Shown piece after piece: positions 1 through 6,327 of a stretch of DNA of 6,327 nt (within the stretch, counting starts at the first letter, position 1; each line of letters begins with the position of its first letter). The DNA lies in assembly GCF_006345805.1 (NCBI RefSeq), contig NW_021829407.1, positions 1 to 6,327 of the forward strand, given 5' to 3'. The translations under genes were made by a program, and so were the position numbers. The notes beneath the pieces are model-generated. The model saw only the letters and a program-made list of their open reading frames with translations. It ran no database searches and was not told the DNA's origin. The DNA comes from Octopus sinensis (taxonomy: Eukaryota).

Positions 1-162
1 ATATACATATATACGATAGGCTTCTTTCAGTTTCCGTCTACCAAATCCACTCACAAGGCATTGGTCGGCCCGGGGCTATACCAGAAGACACTTGCCCAAG
101 ATACCACGCAGTGGGACTGAACCCGGAACCAAGTGGTTGGTTAGCAAGCTACTTACCACACA
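1..162 (-). mobile_element. tRNA-derived SINE, family A (octopus-type), 5'-truncated by ~15 nt; 3' half probably continues beyond the window start
   Basis: The reverse complement aligns ungapped to 2636-2797 with 7 mismatches in 162 nt by manual count. It retains a box B-like GGTTCAGTCCC and CTTGGGCAAGTGTCTT, and runs into the same internal (TA) tract at the window edge. Confidence 0.9.
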
Positions 163-349
163 CATATATATATATAAACGACCGCTAAGGCTACAAGTAC
201 TTTTTTCATTCTCTCTCCGTTTATTTTCTCTTATGTGTTTCTGTTGGGGAACGTAGGCTCGAAACATAAAATACTTTTTCACTTTCCCGGAGCGTCAAAC
301 AAGTACACCTCCTTACTGTACATACACCAATGTTCGTCTTCAGTTTTTC

Positions 350-530
350 TATGAATTTCAACTTTATATATATACATACGCACTTGTATATATATGCACT
401 TGTATATTTATACCTATGACTTATACATGCATAGACACATATGCATGCACACACCGACTCACACATATATTTATGTATATGAATATGCATACATACGTAC
501 ATATCCATATATACAGACAGACAGACATGG
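350..530. repeat. Degenerate compound TA/CA/CATA microsatellite
   Basis: Interrupted tatata, catgca, cacac, catacatac and acagacagacag runs. Confidence 0.6.
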
Positions 531-754
531 ATCACTGTGATGTGTAATACACTGCCTAAATACCAGTCTTGAGAAATTAGGTTTTTCAAAACTTTTCTGG
601 TTTTGAAAAGTTTTCGAAGACTACCGATCCAAACTATCAGTGGAACTGTAAAAATCTGTAAAAATTTCTCATTTACGTATATATGAGCATGTCTAGATAT
701 ACAAGTATATGCATGAGAATACATACTTAAAACAAAACATACAAATCTGCACGT

Positions 755-1045
755 ATACATACATACATACATACATACATACATAGATGCATGCATACAT
801 ACATACATACGTGCATGTATGCATACATACATACATACATACATACATACATACAAACAAACATACATTCATACACACATACATACATACATACATACAA
901 ACATACATACATACATACATTCATACAGACATATACATTCATATACATACATTCATACATACATTCATACATACATACATACATACATACATACATACAT
1001 ACATACATACATACATCATAATACATACTATACATACATTCATAC

Positions 1046-1076
<31 letters not shown>

Positions 1077-1920
1077 CATACTACATACATACATTCATAC
1101 AAATACATACATTCATGCATACACATACATACATACATACATAGATACATACATACATTCATACATACATACATACATACATACATTCATACTTACATAC
1201 ATACATACATACATAGATACATACATACATTCATACATACATACATACATACATACATACATACATACATACATACATTCATACATACATACATACATAC
1301 ATACATACATACATTCATACTTACATACATACATACATTCATACATACATACATACATACATACATTCATACATACATACATACTTACATACATACATAC
1401 ATACATACATTCATACATACATACATACATTCATACATACATACATACATACATACATACATACTTACATACATACATACATACATACATTTATACATAC
1501 ATACATACATACATACATACATACATACTTACATACATTCATACATTTATACATACATTCATACATACATACATACATACATACATACATTTATACATAC
1601 ATACATACATAGATGCATGCATACATACATACATACGTGCATGTATGCATACATACATACATACATACATACATACATACATACTTCATACATTCATACA
1701 TACATACATACATTCATACGTACATACATACATTCATACATACATACATTCATACATACATACATACATACATTCATATATACATTCATACATTCATACA
1801 TACATACATACATACATACATACATACATACATTCATACATACATACATTCATACATACATACATACATACATTCATACATACATACATGCATTCATACA
1901 TACATACATACATACATTCA

Positions 1921-1954
<34 letters not shown>

Positions 1955-2120
1955 CATACATACATACATACATACATACATACATACATACATGCGTACA
2001 TACATACATACATACATACATACATACATACATACATACATACATACATTCATACATACATACATACATACATACATACATACATACATACATACATACA
2101 TACATACATACATACATACA
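755..2120 (+). repeat. Very long (TACA/CATA)n tetranucleotide microsatellite, ~1.37 kb (~340 units), with CATT, CTTA, CAAA and GATA variant units
   Basis: Read directly from the sequence. It generates the HTYI/MYVC pseudo-ORFs on both strands. Confidence 0.98.
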
Positions 2121-2620
2121 AAAATATCCTGTTGCTGATGTTAAAATTCTAATGAAGGAGCCTCGGATCTACATTAGAAACCGGTTCTTTCTATATTGGC
2201 AACAAATCTTGAAGGAAAATTGAATAATGACATACATACATACAAAGGTAGATGAAAAAATGAGACAAAAATTGCAATAGTCTACAAGCAATAGAGTACA
2301 ACACTAACAATAATAATTATGTTCATAATAATAGTAATAACTTTGAGAACAGAGACAGCAGCAACTAATAGACATATGCACAGAAGCTAATTTCTAAAAA
2401 CTCTAAAATTATTTCTAAAATATAATTTTTTGAGAAACTGCCAATGGTGACGTTTGGTGTCAGAGACATCGTTATAAAAGTAAAAATATACGATTATAGC
2501 ATGTTACGACGAGGACTAGACGACACGGACATACACAAATAGAGGTACACACGACAACATATACTTAGAGTCCTGCACACACACACATACACAAATATAT
2601 ACGGATATACACATACACAT

Positions 2621-3036
2621 AGGCGCAGGAGTGGCTGTGTGGTAAGTAGCTTGCTAACCAACCACATGGTTCCGGGTTCAGTCCCACTGCGTGGCACCTT
2701 GGGCAAGTGTCTTCTGCTATAGCCCCGGGCCGACCAAAGCCTTGTGAGTGGATTTGGTAGACGGAAACTGAAAGAAGCCCGTCGTATATATGTATATATA
2801 TATATATGTGTGTGCGTGTATGTTTGTGTGTCTGTGTTTGTCCCCCTAGCATTGCTTGACAACCGATGCTGGTGTGTTTACGTCCCCGTTACCTAGCGGT
2901 TCGGCAAAAGAGACCGATAGAATAAGTACTGAGCTTACAAAAGAATAAGTCCCGGGGTCGAGTTGCTCGATTAAAGGGCGTTGCTCCAGCATGGCCGCAG
3001 TCAAATAACTGAAACAAGTAAAAGAGTAAAAGAGTA
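2621..3036 (+). mobile_element. Apparently full-length tRNA-derived SINE, family A (~415 bp), with an internal TA/TG microsatellite
   Basis: Pol III box A-like TGGCTGTGTGGT (2632-2643) and box B-like GGTTCAGTCCC (2675-2685), then ACCTTGGGCAAGTGTC. Internal (TA)/(TG) tract at ~2785-2840, unique 3' half, and a tandem tail (AGTAAAAG)2AGTA at 3017-3036. The 5' part is ~96% identical to 1-162. From memory it resembles abundant octopus SINEs; the family name is not assigned. Confidence 0.88.
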
Positions 3037-3184
3037 TACAAACATACACACATATGTAGTCACATACACGCATACCTGCTGCAAGAAATTTAAAGACTTA
3101 AGAACTGGAGAGATAATTCGGTAGAGACATTTTGATATCGCCGTAGGGATTGGAATTTATTAAATCTACCTGAATATATGTACT

Positions 3185-3418
3185 TGTGTGAGTGTATGTG
3201 TGTGTGTGTGTGTGTGTTTACCTAAACCTATACATATATATACATATAGATAAATATATATATGATATATATGTGCATGTGCATGTGTTGTATATACATA
3301 TATTTATATATACATACATTTAGATATATATATATATATATATGTAGATATATATATGTGTGTATATATATATATTTATGTTTATATATATGTGTATATA
3401 TATATATTAATGCATATA

Positions 3419-3481
<63 letters not shown>

Positions 3482-3588
3482 GTATGTATATTTATATGTA
3501 TATGTATATAATATATTCATGTATGTGTGTTTGTGTATGTATGTATGTATGTATGTATGTATGTATGTGTGTATGTATGTATGTATGT
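3185..3588. repeat. Compound microsatellite: (TG)n ~3185-3217, degenerate then pure (TA)n ~3230-3478 (pure 3425-3478), (TATG)n ~3535-3588
   Basis: Read directly from the sequence. Confidence 0.97.
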
Positions 3589-3897
3589 ACAGTATCACCT
3601 GGGGCAGATTGAAAGGTAAAACATTCAAAATTAAAAACATATTTTTAACAATACATTCTTCTTTTTATCGAGAAACATGAATTTATAATTTGAAAAAAAT
3701 CAAGGCCCATAGGTTGAAAATAACGAAAAACAATAATTTTTTCCTCATATTAATTGCAATAATGTAGTAATAATTAAGTATAATTGTTACCATAATGAAA
3801 CAATACAGAGAAAAGTAACGTGAGAAAATCCTGGAAACACAGAAAAAATTATTTCAGCTGAACAAATAATTCTGTGACGACATAGCCACCATTTTAG

Positions 3898-4030
3898 AAT
3901 GTGAAGCATCGTTATTACCACCATCAGCAGAACCAGATGCAACTAGGGATCTTCTACTTATTGCCTCAATATAAGCCACATTCCTTTATTTTAAATGAGG
4001 TCCAGATGTTCTTGATGCGAAATAGAAAAC
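3898..4030 (+). other. Weak candidate 133-nt internal exon (NVKHRYYHHQQNQMQLGIFYLLPQYKPHSFILNEVQMFLMRNRK)
   Basis: Acceptor ccaccattttAG at 3896-3897, donor AC|GTAAGT at 4031, and one open frame throughout, in the only sizeable unique region. No recognisable homology, and a competing AG lies at 3884-3885. Confidence 0.15.
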
Positions 4031-4112
4031 GTAAGTTTGCTATCTCCCTTTTGTCGTTTGTTTTGTTTTTTATCAAGAAACTTTTATCGGTTTTTATTCG
4101 GTCAAATCCCAC

Positions 4113-4207
4113 TTCTCTCGCTCTCTCTCCCATACACACACACTCTCTCTCTCTCTTTCCCTGTCCCATATTCTCTCTCTCTCTCTCTCTCTCCATCTCT
4201 CTCTCTC
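4113..4207. repeat. Compound (CT)n/(CA)n microsatellite
   Basis: Interrupted ctctct runs with a short cacacac; gives the ERERER/SLSLSL pseudo-ORFs. Confidence 0.95.
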
Positions 4208-4240
4208 ATATATATCCTGGTCACGGCAGCCTCCCTATAA

Positions 4241-4305
4241 TTAAATGGCGGTGCCCCAGCATGGCCACAGCTCGTGAGCTGAAACTAGATAAAATAAAAT
4301 AAAAT
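4241..4305 (+). mobile_element. Orphan 3' tail fragment of a SINE/LINE related to the family A tail, ending in (ATAAA)n
   Basis: 4241-4270 matches 2971-3000 at 26/30, followed by ...CTGAAAC and an ATAAAATAAAATAAAAT tail. Confidence 0.7.
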
Positions 4306-4322
4306 ATATATATAGTAGGAGG

Positions 4323-4660
4323 AGACCCCCTTCGGTCATGAATGACCATGGGATTGCACCTAGAAAGTTACCCTCCGAGGCACAAGTCCGGGTAAGGTTG
4401 TTTATGGAAGACCGGCAGTCGCCTATGCATACCGGCCTCCCCTCTCGGCACCACTGATGTTATCAAAAGGAAAGGCAAAGAGGCCGATACAGCTTGGCAC
4501 CATTGATGTCGCAACCCATTTCTATAGCTGAGTTATCTGGAGTAACGTGAAATAAAGTGTCTTGCTCAAGAACACAACATGCATCCCGGCCCGGGATTCG
4601 AAGTCACAACCTCACGATCGTAAGCTCTACGCTCTAACCACTGAGCCAAGCGCCTTCACA
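4323..4660 (-). mobile_element. tRNA-derived SINE, family B (~340 bp)
   Basis: The minus strand begins GTGAAGGCGCTTGGCTCAGTGGTTAGAGCG. Box A TGGCTCAGTGG is at 4638-4648 and box B-like ACTTCGAATCC at 4594-4604, followed by TGTGTTCTTGAGCAAGACACTT, a typical post-tRNA SINE body motif. The GC-rich body ends next to a TA run. No canonical acceptor stem, so not a tRNA gene. Confidence 0.85.
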
Positions 4661-4990
4661 AACCTGCTTTCATAGCGATGAAGCAGAACTTCTTCAACCA
4701 GCATGATTATTATTTCCTACACAATGAGTAATAGCATCATTCAGTCACCATTTTACATTATGTTTATTAGACTGTAACCGTGGCCATCTTTGATGTATCA
4801 ACCCTGTTACCAAACCACCAATATACAACTTTTGGGTAAGGCTGGATTGCATTTTGTACATTAGGCAAGCATTATGTTATCTGTCCTATATTATCTCGAA
4901 TCTGATTTCAGGACTATTTCGTTTATATTTCTGACAGACCGCCGCACAATTAAAGTGTGATGGAAAAAATACGATCTGGTATTTTCTCCG

Positions 4991-5096
4991 AAATTTTGCC
5001 GCTCATTTTTCTGGGGTCGATGAAAAAAAAGTGCAGTCAAGTACTGTATTCAATAAAATGTAGTAGAGTCAAAATTGCTGACCTCGTGCTTAAATT
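4991..5096 (+). mobile_element. Degraded central and 3' part of a family C SINE, plus strand
   Basis: TTTTGCCGCTCATTTTTCTGGGGTCGATGAAAA resembles the reverse complement of 5161-5210. The tail 5073-5096 is an 18/24 inverted match to 5104-5127. The 5' boundary is uncertain. Confidence 0.6.
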
Positions 5097-5103
5097 CATT
5101 TTT

Positions 5104-5304
5104 AATTTTTGCACAAAGCCAGAAATTCCGAGGGAGGGGTAAGGTGATGACAAGAATCCCAGTGGACAACTGGTACCTCTTTTATCGACCTCGAAAGGAT
5201 AAAAGGCAATTTTCGGTGGAATTTGAATTGAGGACGCAAAGATGGACAAAATACTGCAAGGCGTTTCACCCGGCGTGCTAACGAGTCTACCAGATCGCCG
5301 CTTT
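5104..5304 (-). mobile_element. tRNA-derived SINE, family C (~200 bp), diverged
   Basis: Minus-strand head AAAGCGGCGATCTGGTAGACTCGTTAGCACGCC with a box A-like motif at 5282-5292 and box B-like AATTCAAATTCC at 5218-5229. Central TTGCCTTTTATCCTTTCGAGGTCGATAAAAGAGGTACCAGTT; 5168-5209 matches 5717-5758 at 32/42. Confidence 0.85.
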
Positions 5305-5558
5305 ACCTCGTACCTACATTAACAATCGTTATTATAATCGAATTCAATCCATCCTTACCACCGAAGGATTGCGCTTCGTACATAAGGGAACCTTTAAGTT
5401 ATTTGTCCCTTTTCATCACAAAATACTGTATTTTCAGGAATATTTCGTCGATATTTCTCGCAGATCGTCATTCAGTGAAGGTCAAAAGAGTTGGTCAAAA
5501 TTCCATCTGGTAATTCTTCCGGATTTTATCGATTTTAATTCAAATCCAATCAAAAGTC

Positions 5559-5639
5559 AAATAAGTATCAGTAAAGTGCCAATGTCGTTGAAATCGACCT
5601 ATACGCTCCTTTCAATGTTAATGGCCACTTGCTTAAATT
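5559..5639 (+). mobile_element. Highly degraded 3' part of a family C SINE, plus strand (may extend upstream to ~5420-5480)
   Basis: AAATAAGTATCAGT...GTCGTTGAAATCGAC...TGGCCACTTGCTTAAATT follows the motif order of the family C 3' half. 5622-5639 is a 12/18 inverted match to 5647-5664. Confidence 0.5.
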
Positions 5640-5646
5640 CATTTCA

Positions 5647-5859
5647 AATTTTGGCACAATGCCAGCAAGTACGGAGAGGGGATAAATCAATGACATTGAC
5701 CCCCACCCTACTGCTCAACTGGTGATTACTTAATCGATTCCGAAAGGATGAAAGGCAAAGTCGACCTCAACGAAATATTAACTCGGAACGTCAAGGCGAA
5801 CGAAATGCTGCTAAGCGATTTGTTCGGCACGGTAACGATTCTGTCAGCTCGCTGCCTTA
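5647..5859 (-). mobile_element. tRNA-derived SINE, family C, second minus-strand copy
   Basis: Minus-strand head TAAGGCAGCGAGCTGACAGAATCGTT with a box A-like motif at 5836-5846. Central GAGGTCGACTTTGCCTTTCATCCTTTCGG; colinear with 5104-5304. Confidence 0.85.
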
Positions 5860-6119
5860 AATGACTCGTGCTTTAATTAATAACCATTATTTTGGCAGCG
5901 GTTATGGCCGCCATTACTATGAGCACAATCACGTGATTTATTTTTGAGACTTAATTCGCTGAAGCACGTAACTGGGAGCTGCTTTATCGTCACAGCCTAT
6001 CATTACCACATTGCATAATGGTCTGTTACATGTTGGCAATGGTTATCCTTTAATTCCGAGACAGTTCTAATGAACAGACATACGGAGTAATTCTCAGCTC
6101 TCAACAAACAATACTGGCA

Positions 6120-6222
6120 TGTGTGTGTATATCTGTGTGTGCAGTGAAACTAGTGATTTTGTATGTGTATGAGTATGCCTTTGTATGTGTATGTATGTGT
6201 GTATAAAGACAACAGACAGACA
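6120..6222. repeat. Degenerate TG/TATG and (ACAG)n microsatellite patch
   Basis: gtgtgtgtat, gtatgtgtatgtatgtgtgt and acagacagacag runs. Confidence 0.6.
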
Positions 6223-6285
6223 GGCAAAGATTCAGTCTGCATAATGTATCCTATTTAAGACAAGCTGAGTGTAATTTGAACAATG

Positions 6286-6306
6286 TTTAACTGTTCTTTC
6301 TTACAG
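6286..6306 (+). promoter_or_regulatory. Candidate 3' splice site (branch point-like motif, polypyrimidine tract and CAG)
   Basis: TTTAAC at 6286-6291, then tgttctttcttaCAG|G with the AG at 6305-6306; close to the metazoan acceptor consensus. Confidence 0.5.
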
Positions 6307-6327
6307 GCCGAACAACCTATTAAAGGT

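Noticed and set aside
76-868. 68-aa and 215-aa minus-strand ORFs
   Set aside because: They run through microsatellite, AT-rich spacer and SINE-A sequence; no protein-like features.
755-2120. CRISPR-like or telomeric array
   Set aside because: No repeat-spacer structure with unique spacers, and the unit is not TTAGGG-like; the context is eukaryotic.
693-2223. Long ORFs (478 aa, 439 aa, 179 aa and others) of HTYI/MYVC repeats
   Set aside because: They are translations of the (TACA)n microsatellite, which lacks stop codons in most frames; no domain content.
2611-3053. Possible target-site duplication (ACATACAC) around SINE-A
   Set aside because: Both flanks are CA/TA low-complexity sequence and the match is not flush with the element ends, so it is not informative.
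2494-3073. ORFs of 122, 95 and 75 aa on the minus strand
   Set aside because: They are antisense readings of the SINE-A copy and its internal microsatellite.
3262-3640. YIYIYI/MYVC ORFs
   Set aside because: Translations of (TA)n and (TATG)n tracts.
3966-4302. ERERER/SLSLSL ORFs and the full 133-aa ORF at 3901-4302
   Set aside because: Driven by the (CT)n tract and the SINE tail; only the 3898-4030 part is kept, as a weak exon candidate.
4583-4660. Possible tRNA gene (box A and box B, anticodon-like loop) and the perfect palindrome ATCCCGG-C-CCGGGAT at 4583-4597
   Set aside because: The arms do not pair as a cloverleaf and the sequence continues into a SINE body, so it is a SINE head. The short palindrome is part of that head.
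5351-5369. Small hairpin ATCCTT-N7-AAGGAT
   Set aside because: A 6-bp stem is expected by chance; no supporting context.
4957-5725. ORFs of 61-118 aa
   Set aside because: They overlap degraded family C SINE copies; no RT, endonuclease or transposase motifs are recognisable.

Overview
AT-rich eukaryotic (animal) non-coding DNA with no convincing complete gene. It is most likely intronic or intergenic. The repeat families resemble octopus (coleoid cephalopod) SINEs as I recall them; this was not checked against a database. The window holds a ~1.37 kb (TACA)n microsatellite (755-2120), several compound TA/TG/TATG/CT microsatellites, and at least seven tRNA-derived SINE copies or fragments from about three families, labelled A, B and C here. 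Almost all ORFs in the supplied track are artefacts of simple repeats or SINEs. The most interesting structures are: (i) two tail-to-tail inverted pairs of family-C SINEs that share the same 41-nt junction about 543 bp apart; (ii) a ~96% identical inverted pair of family-A SINEs around the giant microsatellite; (iii) a strong plus-strand 3' splice site and possible 19-nt microexon at the window end; (iv) a short segment whose composition looks like reversed DNA. I see no evidence of a prokaryotic system, a CRISPR array or a transposase/RT coding region.
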